From an uncultured Undibacter sp. (GTDB lineage: Bacteria > Pseudomonadota > Alphaproteobacteria > Rhizobiales > Xanthobacteraceae), in assembly GCA_964576085.1 (NCBI GenBank), contig CAZNTY010000390.1:1-50447 (forward strand): DNA of 50,447 nucleotides, given 5' to 3'. Position 1 is the stretch's first letter. Every line of letters starts with the position of its first letter. The translations under genes and the position numbers were made by a program. Of the stretch, positions 18,323 to 27,841 are shown piece by piece. The notes under the pieces were generated by a model. That model was not told the DNA's origin. It made no database searches and worked only from the letters and a program-made list of their open reading frames with translations.

Positions 18323-19420
18323 TCAACGACACTCGACAATCGTGCCTGCGATCGAATTGAATCGGATCCATACCGGTTCATCGGCCCTTATCTCTTGCGA
18401 GGACATAGTGTGGCTCCGCCACCTCGTATCGCCCACTTGAATGAAGTATTCGGTCAGATCACCGAGAAAGATACGCTGGATTACGCGCCCTTGGAACGTA
18501 TTTACGCCGTCCGGCGGCTCCGTGTTTGAAATCGTCAGATCGATCGGTCGTACGGACAGGCCTACCTTGTTGTCCGCAGGAATTCGAGCATAAACAGTAT
18601 CGGTCAGGTAGCCCTGAACGACGCCGAGTCCCGGCACCTCGACAGAGCCCATAGTCTGCTCTCGTCCGACAAGGCGGCCCTCGATCATGTTTGTGACACC
18701 AAGAAAATTCGCGACGAACTTCGACAGCGGCCGCCGATAGACCATTTCGGCCTTGCCTTGTTGCTCGATGACGCCGTCACGCATCACGACCAGAATGTCG
18801 GCGAGGACCATGGCTTCCGCCTGATCGTGGGTGACGTAGATCGACGTGATCTTGAGTTGGCGCTGAAGCAGCTTGAGCTCGACACGCATCTGCTCACGCA
18901 ACGTTGCGTCGAGATTGCTCAAAGGCTCATCAAGCAGCAGAAGCGAGGGTTCGACCACGACGGCTCGCGCAAGTGCAACACGCTGCTGCTGGCCGCCGGA
19001 TATTTCCGAAGGATAACGTGCGCCCAACTGTCCGAGGCGGACGAGATCAAGAGCCCCTTGGACGCGCCGGCGAATCTCCTCGCGGGGAAGCCGCCGAACC
19101 TCGAGTCCATAGGCAACGTTTTCAAATACGGTCTTATGGGGCCAGACCGCATAGCTTTGGAACACCATGCTCAGATTACGCTGCTCTGGCGGTAGTCCCC
19201 AGCCCGGTCCTGCGACGGTTTTGCCGTCGACTTCGATGGTGCCGCGGTCCGGGTTGAGCAACCCGGCGATCATTCGAAGCGTCGTGGTCTTGCCGCATCC
19301 GCTGGGTCCAAGAAGAACGAGCATCTTGTTCTCATCAAGATCAAGATTGAGCCCACGGATAACGGTCGTTTCAGTCGCGTCAAAAGCCTTGTCGACGTCT
19401 TTCAGTCGAAGTTTGATCAC
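18323..19420 (-). CDS. ABC ATP-binding protein, Fe3+/AfuC-type with C-terminal TOBE domain
   Basis: Motifs GPSGCGKTT, MVFQSYAVWPH, ISGGQQQRVALARA, LLDEPLSNLD and YVTHDQ.EA. Confidence 0.93.
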   Translation of the reverse strand: MIKLRLKDVDKAFDATETTVIRGLNLDLDENKMLVLLGPSGCGKTTTLRMIAGLLNPDRGTIEVDGKTVAGPGWGLPPEQRNLSMVFQSYAVWPHKTVFENVAYGLEVRRLPREEIRRRVQGALDLVRLGQLGARYPSEISGGQQQRVALARAVVVEPSLLLLDEPLSNLDATLREQMRVELKLLQRQLKITSIYVTHDQAEAMVLADILVVMRDGVIEQQGKAEMVYRRPLSKFVANFLGVTNMIEGRLVGREQTMGSVEVPGLGVVQGYLTDTVYARIPADNKVGLSVRPIDLTISNTEPPDGVNTFQGRVIQRIFLGDLTEYFIQVGDTRWRSHTMSSQEIRADEPVWIRFNSIAGTIVECR

Positions 19421-19456
19421 AAAGTCATGCTCCTTATTGTCTGTCCTGCCACGGTC

Positions 19457-21166
19457 TTATGTGTTTGGATTGATCACATTTCTGCCGAATAGCCCGTAGC
19501 CGCCCCCAATTGCGATGCCATTGATGGCAAGGAGAATGACGGATAGTGCGGCAACCGAGCCCCAGTCGGATGCGTAATAGACGTCCATAATTGCGGTCGG
19601 AATGACCGTTGTCTTCGAGGTGTAAAGCAGGACCGACGCGCTCAGCTCACGCAGCGAGTTGGCGAATACAACAATCCATCCCGTCAACAGCCCACCGCGG
19701 ATGAGGGGGGCGGTGATGTGCCGTAATACGGTCAGGTTTGAAGAGCCAAGAACGCGTGCCGCGTATTCTAAGTCGATATGGACAGTCGACAAAGCGCTGC
19801 TGCACGTCATGAATGCGTAAGGAAGATTTTTTGTCAGATAGGCAAGCACAAGAATCGTCAGGGTGCCATAGAGCGAAATCCAACCTCCGCTGTAAGCGGC
19901 AACAAGACCGACGGCGAAGACCATCGAAGGAACGACCAGAGGCAATGTCGCCAAAAAGCCGATCAGTCCGCTGAAGGACACGAGTTTCCGCTTCGCGATA
20001 AACGCCGCCAGCAGCGCCAAGATGACTGCAGCGCTGGCGGCGATAACAGACGTCAGCAGGCTGTTTTTTATCGAGGGAATGCCGTCGATGTAATCGAACA
20101 AGACATAGCTGTAGTGCGAGAGCGTCAGGTTGTTCCAGGAAAATGCCCCTTCGGTTTGCCGATAAAGCGACTTGGCGACGAGAACGATGTTCGGAAGGAT
20201 GAACGTTAGTAAAACGATCATGGCCGCATAAGCGAATGCGGGCCATCGCCAGCCACCGAGGGTATGCCGTTGTCGGCGGCTTGCCTTCCCTTGGATTGTT
20301 CCGAATGTTCTGCGACCAATCACGGCGCGTTGGACCCACAGCAACATGACAGTAATGAGAATAAGAGGGAGGGACAGGGCCGCTGCGACTGCGACCTGGG
20401 GAGGATACTCAAACAGCGCCCAGACCTGCGTCGTCACGACGTAGATGCGAGCCGGAACGCCGATGACAGCCGGTGCGCCGTACAAGGCAAGCGACTCGAG
20501 AAACGTCATGATGAAGCCGGCAATGATGGCCGGCAGCGCCAGCGGCAGGGTAATAGTCCAGAAGACTCGTGGACCGCCAGCACCCAAAAGTCTCCCAGCC
20601 TGTTCCATATCGGAATCCGTGGCCTCGAATGCATTGTGCATGAAGATAAATGCCAGCGAATACACGGTACTGGTCGATACGATCATGAGACCGTGCATTG
20701 AAAAAATATTGATGAATCCGGCATCTGATCCGGTAAGACTCATCCACGTGGTATTGAGCAGGCCGGCATTTGGTCCTGCGAGCAGGACCCACGACAGCGC
20801 GTTCACAAAAGCCGGAACAGCAAAATTTCCAAGAACGCAGATACGGATTGTCCGTCTGAAAGGAATGTCGGTCTGGCTGATGAGCCAGGCCAGCGAAGTC
20901 CCGATGATCATAGAGAATATCGATGTGACGCATCCAATCAGCAGTGAATTCAGGATCGCACTCTGGAATCGCGTCACGCGAAACAATTGAACATAATTCG
21001 CAAACGAAAGGCCTGAAGGTGTCGTGATGCTGGCGGCGACCAAATAGTAAACCGGGACAAGCACGAGAACCGCCAGGACAAGAGTCGTTGCGATCCAAAG
21101 GACGCCCGGAACCAGGGTGCTCAGCGGGCGATACGACGTAGGTAACTGAGGCGAAAGACTCTGCAT
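19457..21166 (-). CDS. Fused double-domain ABC permease, Fe3+/AfuB-type
   Basis: 569 aa with two EAA-like loops (MEQAGRLLGA, LEYAARVLGS); highly hydrophobic. Confidence 0.92.
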   Translation of the reverse strand: MQSLSPQLPTSYRPLSTLVPGVLWIATTLVLAVLVLVPVYYLVAASITTPSGLSFANYVQLFRVTRFQSAILNSLLIGCVTSIFSMIIGTSLAWLISQTDIPFRRTIRICVLGNFAVPAFVNALSWVLLAGPNAGLLNTTWMSLTGSDAGFINIFSMHGLMIVSTSTVYSLAFIFMHNAFEATDSDMEQAGRLLGAGGPRVFWTITLPLALPAIIAGFIMTFLESLALYGAPAVIGVPARIYVVTTQVWALFEYPPQVAVAAALSLPLILITVMLLWVQRAVIGRRTFGTIQGKASRRQRHTLGGWRWPAFAYAAMIVLLTFILPNIVLVAKSLYRQTEGAFSWNNLTLSHYSYVLFDYIDGIPSIKNSLLTSVIAASAAVILALLAAFIAKRKLVSFSGLIGFLATLPLVVPSMVFAVGLVAAYSGGWISLYGTLTILVLAYLTKNLPYAFMTCSSALSTVHIDLEYAARVLGSSNLTVLRHITAPLIRGGLLTGWIVVFANSLRELSASVLLYTSKTTVIPTAIMDVYYASDWGSVAALSVILLAINGIAIGGGYGLFGRNVINPNT

Positions 21167-21260
21167 TAAATGCCGATCGTCATTAAAGAGGCCGTCAGGG
21201 AAACGTCAGGCGTCTCCAGTCATTTTCCGGAGGATGTCAACGTCCAAAAATAGAAGGACG

Positions 21261-21296
21261 CCGGGCGCCGAAGGATAATCCCGCTTCGGCGCCCGG
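21261..21296 (-). terminator. Stem-loop after the SBP gene (terminator or mRNA stabiliser)
   Basis: 13-bp perfect arms CCGGGCGCCGAAG / CTTCGGCGCCCGG begin 7 bp after the stop; CGTCCTTCTATTTTT follows on the minus strand. Confidence 0.7.
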
Positions 21297-21302
21297 AGCT
21301 CT

Positions 21303-22379
21303 CTAACCGCCGAAGATTTCAGTGAACTTCTGAGTGCCGTCTGGCAGCCATTTCTTGAATTCATTGATGTCGGTATCGATAAGCTTCGACTTCTTGAGGT
21401 CGGGGTATCCGGCCGGCAGCTTGACGTCGGGGCTATCGATTGATGCCGCGTCGCCACCGGCGACGTAGATCGACTGGCCTTCGGGCGAGAGAAGCCAGTT
21501 GACGAGAACCTTCGCGGCATTCGGGTGGGGGGCTTTGGCGAGGATTGCCACGGGACCCGCCAGCATGAAGACGCCGTCTTCCGGCAGCACCGCATCGATC
21601 ATCGGCAGATGTTGGACCTGTGCCGTATGAACCTGTGAATAGTCGCACATCATGATCAAGCGCTCCCCGCGCGCGACGAGCTCGTTTTGGGTGCATGCTT
21701 GCATGGTCAAGATGTCGTTCTTCTGCAGAGCCTTGAAGTAGTCCCAACCGTACATCTTCACGAGATTGTAGGCGATCAGCGCGGTGTCGCCGCTCGACTT
21801 GATGTGCCCCTGAACGATCTTGCCCTTGAATTTCGGGTCTGTGAGGTCTTTCCAGGTTTTAGGAATAGCGTCGCCCTTGAGTCGGTCCTTGTTGTAGTTC
21901 AGCGATGTCAACTCGAGCTTGACCGCGTGCCAATAGTTTTCGGGGTCGTAGAGCTTTGGACCGCGGAGGAGCTTTACAGTGTCTGGCTTGAACGGCTGCA
22001 GCATGCCTTTCGTCTTCATGTCGATGAAATGACTCATCACCGACGTTTCGACGACATCCGCAGCGTTGACGCCCAGATCGAATTCCTGCATCGCTCGGTT
22101 GAAAATCAGGCTTGAGCTCAGGCGCAGGATATTGACCTTGATGCCATATTTGGCCTCGAAGGGAGCCTTGAGCTGGTTGGCCATGACAAGGTCAGCCGAA
22201 GTGTAATATGTCACCTGTCCCTCGGCCTTCGCGGCGGCCAGGATGGCCGGGGTGATGCTGCTTTCGGCGGAACGCGCCGGCAAGGACGACGTCATTGCCA
22301 TCACCGCCAGGGTCGAGAGTGCCAGTACGCTGGAGCCGAGCCTCTGCTGGCCAAGCGTTCTCGTAATTCTGTTCATCAT
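21303..22379 (-). CDS. Extracellular solute-binding protein, AfuA/FbpA-like (SBP_bac_6)
   Basis: Signal peptide; AAKAEGQVTYYTS, PKTWKDLTDPKFKGKI and KAPHPNAAKVLVNWLLSPEGQ; RBS AGGGGAG. Confidence 0.92.
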   Translation of the reverse strand: MMNRITRTLGQQRLGSSVLALSTLAVMAMTSSLPARSAESSITPAILAAAKAEGQVTYYTSADLVMANQLKAPFEAKYGIKVNILRLSSSLIFNRAMQEFDLGVNAADVVETSVMSHFIDMKTKGMLQPFKPDTVKLLRGPKLYDPENYWHAVKLELTSLNYNKDRLKGDAIPKTWKDLTDPKFKGKIVQGHIKSSGDTALIAYNLVKMYGWDYFKALQKNDILTMQACTQNELVARGERLIMMCDYSQVHTAQVQHLPMIDAVLPEDGVFMLAGPVAILAKAPHPNAAKVLVNWLLSPEGQSIYVAGGDAASIDSPDVKLPAGYPDLKKSKLIDTDINEFKKWLPDGTQKFTEIFGG

Positions 22380-22518
22380 CGTCTCCCCTTGCGTCGATAA
22401 TCTCGGAATTTCATCCGCGCTCGCCGACGCTATCGGCGCGGATGACTAGTAAGAGAATCCAAAGGAATCTGCCGACGCGATCTGAAATGGCCGGATACCA
22501 CCTCGTGCGTGCTCGGCT

Positions 22519-23586
22519 TCATGACGCGTACGTCCTCCGTGCCCGGCGCGTTCGCCTGGCACGGATATCAGCAGTCGAGCCTCCCGGCACAAATGTCGTC
22601 GGCAGAAGGATCTCCGACGCCGTGAAGCGGCCATTGGTCAGGCGGTGCAGCAATTCGGTGCCGGCGCGCGCGCCGATGTCATAGGCGGCCGAAGCAACAC
22701 TGGTCAGAACGGGATCGGTGTAGAGACGAAATTCGAACGCGTTGAAGCCGGCGACCATAACGTCGTCGGGTATTCGATGACCGCGATCAATGAGCAGACG
22801 CATCGCGGCAATGCCCATCTGGTCATTGCCTCCAAGAACCGCGTCCGGCAGCGTGCCATCGTCAAGATAGGTGCTCAGGGCGGCGCGGACATCATGAAAG
22901 TTCTCGCCACAATGCACGACGTTCAGCGAAGCACGCGTCATCTGCCGCAACACGCTTTCAATGCCGCGTTGGCGTTCGGCGATGGCCGGCCAGGATGGCT
23001 TGGGCGCCAGGTAGACGAAACGCCGCGCACCGAGACTGACCAGGTGTTGAGCCAGATGCCGTGCGCCTCCGAAATTGTCTTGTCGAATGAAACAGATGTC
23101 CTCGGCCGGTTGCCTGGGAGCTTTCGACTCGAGAACAACCAGGGGCTGGCCCAGCGTCACGAGGCGCGCAATGTGTTCCTTGCAACTATCCGCTGCGCCG
23201 GACAAAAGAACGCAGAGGCCGTCGGTATCGAAGCGCCGAAGAAAAATCGCGTCCCGTAACGCCTGGGGCGGCGTGCCTTGAACGAGAAGGCCATAACCGC
23301 GTTTGCTCAGGAAATTACTGAGCCCCGCGACCAGATTGGTCGTGAACGGATCTGCGAGATAGGTCGGCGATTCATCGACGATCAGAATGCCGATGGTCAG
23401 CCGCTCATCGAGCCGCAGGCTCCGTCCAGCCGAATAGGGACGATAGTTCAGTCTCGCGATGGCGTCTTCGACGCGCTTCCGCGTGCCAGCGCTCATCATT
23501 TTGAAGCGGCCATTTACAACATTAGAAACAGTCATAACCGAGACTCGCGCGGCAGCTGCGACATCAGAGGCGGTGCATCGTTTCAT
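22519..23586 (-). CDS. LacI-family transcriptional regulator
   Basis: HTH TASDVAAAARVSVMTVSNVVN, LNYRP, PDAV...NDQMGIAA, IPDDV.VAGF and PVLTSV. Confidence 0.95.
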   Translation of the reverse strand: MKRCTASDVAAAARVSVMTVSNVVNGRFKMMSAGTRKRVEDAIARLNYRPYSAGRSLRLDERLTIGILIVDESPTYLADPFTTNLVAGLSNFLSKRGYGLLVQGTPPQALRDAIFLRRFDTDGLCVLLSGAADSCKEHIARLVTLGQPLVVLESKAPRQPAEDICFIRQDNFGGARHLAQHLVSLGARRFVYLAPKPSWPAIAERQRGIESVLRQMTRASLNVVHCGENFHDVRAALSTYLDDGTLPDAVLGGNDQMGIAAMRLLIDRGHRIPDDVMVAGFNAFEFRLYTDPVLTSVASAAYDIGARAGTELLHRLTNGRFTASEILLPTTFVPGGSTADIRARRTRRARRTYAS

Positions 23587-23601
23587 TGGTAATCCCAGTT
23601 T

Positions 23602-23617
23602 TCTTTATCGTTAAAGA
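23602..23617. promoter_or_regulatory. Probable LacI-family operator
   Basis: CG-centred 16-bp palindrome TCTTTATCGTTAAAGA (7 of 8 pairs) in the 86-bp gap between the divergent lacI-like and rraA-leuCD genes. Confidence 0.65.
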
Positions 23618-23672
23618 CAAGCTACATATCGGGGCCGCACTGGGCGGCGGTATTCAAAGGATTTGTGCCGAT

Positions 23673-24365
23673 ATGCAGAACAGCACTGCGGCCGCGCTGA
23701 ACCAGGGGCGTTCGGGATTGATCGAACGCATCCATCAGCAGCTATTCGTTTCCGTTCTTTCCGACATGCTTGACTCTGTTGGCTGCCGTAATCAAGCGTT
23801 GCCACCGCGCATCCGGGGTCTCGACGATGAACTCATGATGGTGGGGCGGGCGCGCACGGCGCTCTACCACGATATTTATCAGATCGAGCCAGGCAAGAAT
23901 CCTTACGAACTCGAGATCGCTCTGGTCGACGATCTCAAGTCGGGTGAGATCCCGGTATTTGCATGCGGCGCGACGGGCCGCATCGCTCCATGGGGTGGCC
24001 TTCTGACGGCGGCGGCGCGTAACCGTGGCGCTGCTGGGTGCCTTACCGATGGTTGCGTCCGGGACATCAGGGCCATCCGCAATGTGAAATTTCCGGTCTT
24101 CCACGGAGGCATCGCCCCGATTGACTCGAAGGGACGCGGGGAGGTCGCAGCGATCGATGTTCCCGTCGAATGCGCCGGGGTGCTGGTACGATCGGGCGAC
24201 CTGATCGTTGGCGATGCTGATGGTGTTGTGGTCATTCCACGTGAGGTCGAAGACGAGGTGCTTGCCAAGGCATTTGACCGGATCAAGGGCGAGAATGAAA
24301 CCCAGGCCGCGCTTGCCCGCGGCGAAAAGCTTGCCGACGTGTATCGGCGGCTCGGAGTGCTCTAA
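23673..24365 (+). CDS. RraA family protein (HMG/CHA aldolase-like), paralog 2
   Basis: Motifs APWGGLLT, GAAGCLTDGCVRD and GDLIVGDADGVVVIP. ATG 23673 follows AAAGGA. Confidence 0.9.
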   Translation: MQNSTAAALNQGRSGLIERIHQQLFVSVLSDMLDSVGCRNQALPPRIRGLDDELMMVGRARTALYHDIYQIEPGKNPYELEIALVDDLKSGEIPVFACGATGRIAPWGGLLTAAARNRGAAGCLTDGCVRDIRAIRNVKFPVFHGGIAPIDSKGRGEVAAIDVPVECAGVLVRSGDLIVGDADGVVVIPREVEDEVLAKAFDRIKGENETQAALARGEKLADVYRRLGVL

Positions 24366-24385
24366 TCGCGGGGGATTAGCGGTCC

Positions 24386-25798
24386 ATGTCTGCCACAACG
24401 TTGTTCGACAAGATCTGGAAGACGCACCTTATTTCACAAGATGAGGACGGTTCATGTATTGTCTATATCGATCGCCATTATATTCATGAAGTAGTTAGTC
24501 CGCAGGCATTCGAAGGCCTGCGGACCAACGGTCAAAGTGTCCGCCGGCCGGAAATGACCGTTGCGGTCGTGGATCATGTCGTCCCGACAACAGGGAACCG
24601 TGAGGTGATCGAGGACGAGGCGGCGCGTTTGATGAGCGAAACGCTCGAGCGCGATTGCAAGCATTATGGCATTGAATTTTTCTCTCCCGTCGATCGACGC
24701 CAGGGAATCGTTCACGTGATCGGCCCCGAGCAGGGGCTGACACTGCCAGGGATGACCATCGCGTGCGGCGACAGCCATACGGCGACGCACGGCGCTTTCG
24801 GTTCGCTGGCCTTCGGCGTCAGCACCAGCGATGTACAACATGTTCTTGCCACCCAGACGCTCCGGATGATGCCGCTTAAGAACATGCGGATCACGGCCCA
24901 AGGGCGTTTGGGCTTTGGCTGCATGCCCAAGGATCTAATCCTGGCGATCATCGGGAAAATGGGCACTGCAGGCGGCACCGGTCACGTCATCGAATATGCG
25001 GGTCCGGCTATCGAGAGCATGTCGATGGAAGCACGGATGACGGTATGCAACATGACCGTCGAGGGTGGCGGCCGCGCAGGGCTCATCGCGCCGGACGAAA
25101 GAACGTTCGAATATCTGCGCAACACGGAGAATGCGCCCAAGGGCGAGCTCTGGGACAAGGCCGTGGCGTTCTGGAAGACGCTGCATAGCGATCCCGGCGC
25201 GCGGTTTGACAAGGAGATCGTCATCGACGCCACCACGATCGAGCCGCAGGTTTCATGGGGCACATCGCCGGAGAATGTGATACCCATCAGCGGCCGTGTT
25301 CCGAATCCAAGTTCGGCTCCCGATGACAAGGTTCGTGGGGCGTGGACCCGCGCCCTCAATTACATGGGGCTTCAGCCCGACCAGCCACTCGCAGATGTTC
25401 CGATTGACGTGGTGTTTATTGGTTCCTGCACGAATGCCAGGCTTGAGGACCTTCAAAGTGCGGCTAACGTGGTACGGGGACGTCGCGTTGCCCGGTCGGT
25501 TCGGGCCATCGTTGTCCCTGGATCAACCAGGGTCAAGGAGATGGCAGAGGCGATGGGTCTCGATCGAATCTTCACGGACGCCGGCTTTGAGTGGCGTGAA
25601 TCCGGCTGCTCGATGTGCTTGGGCATGAACAACGATCGCCTTTCACGGGGCCAGCGTTGTGCATCGACATCGAACAGGAATTTCGAAGGACGTCAGGGAC
25701 CCGGCGGCCGCACTCATTTAATGAGTCCGGCAATGGCTGCAGCCGCAGCAGTGACAGGTCATCTCACCGATGTCCGTATGCTGCTCTCGCAAAGGTAG
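24386..25798 (+). CDS. leuC: 3-isopropylmalate dehydratase large subunit-type aconitase-family protein (probably a catabolic paralog)
   Basis: Motifs [56 protein letters not shown] and [12 protein letters not shown]. Confidence 0.93.
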   Translation: MSATTLFDKIWKTHLISQDEDGSCIVYIDRHYIHEVVSPQAFEGLRTNGQSVRRPEMTVAVVDHVVPTTGNREVIEDEAARLMSETLERDCKHYGIEFFSPVDRRQGIVHVIGPEQGLTLPGMTIACGDSHTATHGAFGSLAFGVSTSDVQHVLATQTLRMMPLKNMRITAQGRLGFGCMPKDLILAIIGKMGTAGGTGHVIEYAGPAIESMSMEARMTVCNMTVEGGGRAGLIAPDERTFEYLRNTENAPKGELWDKAVAFWKTLHSDPGARFDKEIVIDATTIEPQVSWGTSPENVIPISGRVPNPSSAPDDKVRGAWTRALNYMGLQPDQPLADVPIDVVFIGSCTNARLEDLQSAANVVRGRRVARSVRAIVVPGSTRVKEMAEAMGLDRIFTDAGFEWRESGCSMCLGMNNDRLSRGQRCASTSNRNFEGRQGPGGRTHLMSPAMAAAAAVTGHLTDVRMLLSQR

Positions 25799-25804
25799 AA
25801 TCTG

Positions 25805-26428
25805 ATGCAGAAGTTCGTTCGCCTGGATGGAGTCGCTGCGCCGCTGCCCTTGATAAATGTGGACACCGACAAGATTATTCCTGCCGCGTACCTCAAAGCG
25901 ATCGAGCGCAGGGGCATCGGCAAAGGCTTATTCGCCGGGATGCGATACTTGCCAGATGGTTCTGAAAATCCGGAATTTGTGCTCAACAAGCCCGCCTATC
26001 GTAACTCTAAAATTCTAATTGCAGGCCAGAATTTCGGCTGCGGATCGAGCCGCGAACACGCGCCATGGGCACTTCAGGATTTTGGAATCAGCTGTGTTAT
26101 CGCCCCGTCCTTTGCCGATATTTTTTACAATAATGCCTTCAAAAATGGAATGCTTCTCATAAGACTTCCGCAGCAGGTCGTCGATCGATTGATGGCTGAC
26201 GCTGAAAAAGGCGCTAACGCACGATTCAGCATCGACCTCCCATCTCAAACGATCACAACGCCGGACGGGGAGCGCGTCTCGTTTGAAATCGACCAATACC
26301 GCAAGAATTGCCTGCTGAATGGTTTGGACGAGGTTGCGATTACGATGAGGAATGAAAAATCAATTTCTTCTTTCGAAGCTGCTCACTTTAGCAATGAGCC
26401 TTGGCTGAACCCTGATAGTCGTATGTAA
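25805..26428 (+). CDS. leuD: 3-isopropylmalate dehydratase small subunit-type protein
   Basis: Motifs [38 protein letters not shown] and LLNGLDE. Confidence 0.93.
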   Translation: MQKFVRLDGVAAPLPLINVDTDKIIPAAYLKAIERRGIGKGLFAGMRYLPDGSENPEFVLNKPAYRNSKILIAGQNFGCGSSREHAPWALQDFGISCVIAPSFADIFYNNAFKNGMLLIRLPQQVVDRLMADAEKGANARFSIDLPSQTITTPDGERVSFEIDQYRKNCLLNGLDEVAITMRNEKSISSFEAAHFSNEPWLNPDSRM

Positions 26429-26689
26429 GAAAGATCGAAACTAAGTTGATTGACAACGGATTTTTGGCCGATTGTGAAATTGCAGATCGCCGCGTCGGCT
26501 TTTGTCGAGATTTTCTACTTGCGATTACGGTCCAGAAATCAGCAATCATCTGAGATTCATATCGACACCAATATACCGATGTCGCGTCCGACTCCGGTCG
26601 GAGTGGATGATGAGACTCTGGATCTTCCGACCGGCACGACTGATGATCGGTAACAGCCACCCTTATTCCGCTGCCGATAACTCTTTGCC

Positions 26690-27841
26690 TTAGGCCGCGT
26701 TCTCATTGCCGAAAATGATTAAATCGTGAGGCGACCAGTGAGCGCGGACACGGGCGCCCTTGACGATCGCCGTATTCGCCTGGTTGCTGATAATTTCCGA
26801 AATCACCTGGGGGCCGTTATCCAACCGCACGGTGATCCGGCTGGTCGAACCAAAATAACCAGTTTTGACGACCGTCCCGGGAAACCCTTGTCCCGAGACC
26901 TCCGGCAACAGGATTATCTTTTCATATCGCAGCACCGCGGAGATTGGGCTGCCGGCGGAGACCGTGCCGCTCAGGCAGCCGGACAGCCCGAGGCCGTCAA
27001 TGGTCAAGACACACTGGTTATGCTCGTCCGAACTCTCGAGTTGACCATTCAAAATATTGGCCTGGCCAACAAACTGCGCAACAAAGCGGCTCTGCGGGCG
27101 ATCATAGATTTCGCGCGGTGTCCCAAGTTGAACGATACGGCCATTCTCCATCACGCCGATCCGGTCGGACAGGGCGATCGCCTCGCTCTGATCGTGCGTC
27201 ACCAGAATGAAAGTACTGCCAATTTCGCGGTGAATTCGTTTGAGTTCGTCATGCATCTGCAGCCGTAGTTGCAGATCCAACGCACCGAGTGGCTCGTCGA
27301 GCAACAGAACCTCGGGATCATTGACCAGTGCGCGCGCGATCGCCACTCGCTGCTTTTGCCCCCCGCTTAATTCATCGATCCGGCGTTGTTCGAATCCCTG
27401 CAATCGGACCAGTGCGAGCATCGCACCAACCTTTGCGGCGATGCTGCCCGCATCGATCTTCTTCATCTGCAGGCCAAAGCCGACATTCTCCGCGACCGTC
27501 ATGTGCGGAAAAAGCGCAAGGTGCTGGAAAATCATGTTAGTTCGTCGCCGGTAAGGCGGGTCGTCGGCCGCGTCGCGGCCGGCGATAAGCACATTGCCCT
27601 CTGTTGGCTGCTCGAAGCCGCCGACTATTCTCAACAGAGTGGTCTTGCCGCAGCCACTCGGCCCCAACAGAGAGAAGAACTCGCCGCGGATGACGTCCAG
27701 ATCGACGGCCTTTAGCGCGAGCGTCTCGCCGAATCGCTTCGTGAGGCCCCGTACCGACACCGATATCTGCGACTGTGCAGCCGCTTGCTCCGCTTTCTTT
27801 TCCGGCCTCACAAGCGGCTGCTGGACGACGTGATGGCTCAT
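26690..27841 (-). CDS. PotA-type ABC ATP-binding protein (left arm)
   Basis: Motifs GPSGCGKTT, LSGGQKQRVAIARA and LLDEPLGALD; TOBE domain. ATG 27841 overlaps the SBP stop (ATGA). Confidence 0.93.
   Translation of the reverse strand: MSHHVVQQPLVRPEKKAEQAAAQSQISVSVRGLTKRFGETLALKAVDLDVIRGEFFSLLGPSGCGKTTLLRIVGGFEQPTEGNVLIAGRDAADDPPYRRRTNMIFQHLALFPHMTVAENVGFGLQMKKIDAGSIAAKVGAMLALVRLQGFEQRRIDELSGGQKQRVAIARALVNDPEVLLLDEPLGALDLQLRLQMHDELKRIHREIGSTFILVTHDQSEAIALSDRIGVMENGRIVQLGTPREIYDRPQSRFVAQFVGQANILNGQLESSDEHNQCVLTIDGLGLSGCLSGTVSAGSPISAVLRYEKIILLPEVSGQGFPGTVVKTGYFGSTSRITVRLDNGPQVISEIISNQANTAIVKGARVRAHWSPHDLIIFGNENAA

Noticed and set aside
26429-26689. Intergenic gap with overlapping short hairpins (TCCGAC-TCCG-GTCGGA, ACTCCG-GT-CGGAGT) and 63-90 aa ORFs
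   Set aside because: The stems are only 6 bp with no U-tract and the ORFs lack recognisable features; insufficient support for an sRNA or gene.
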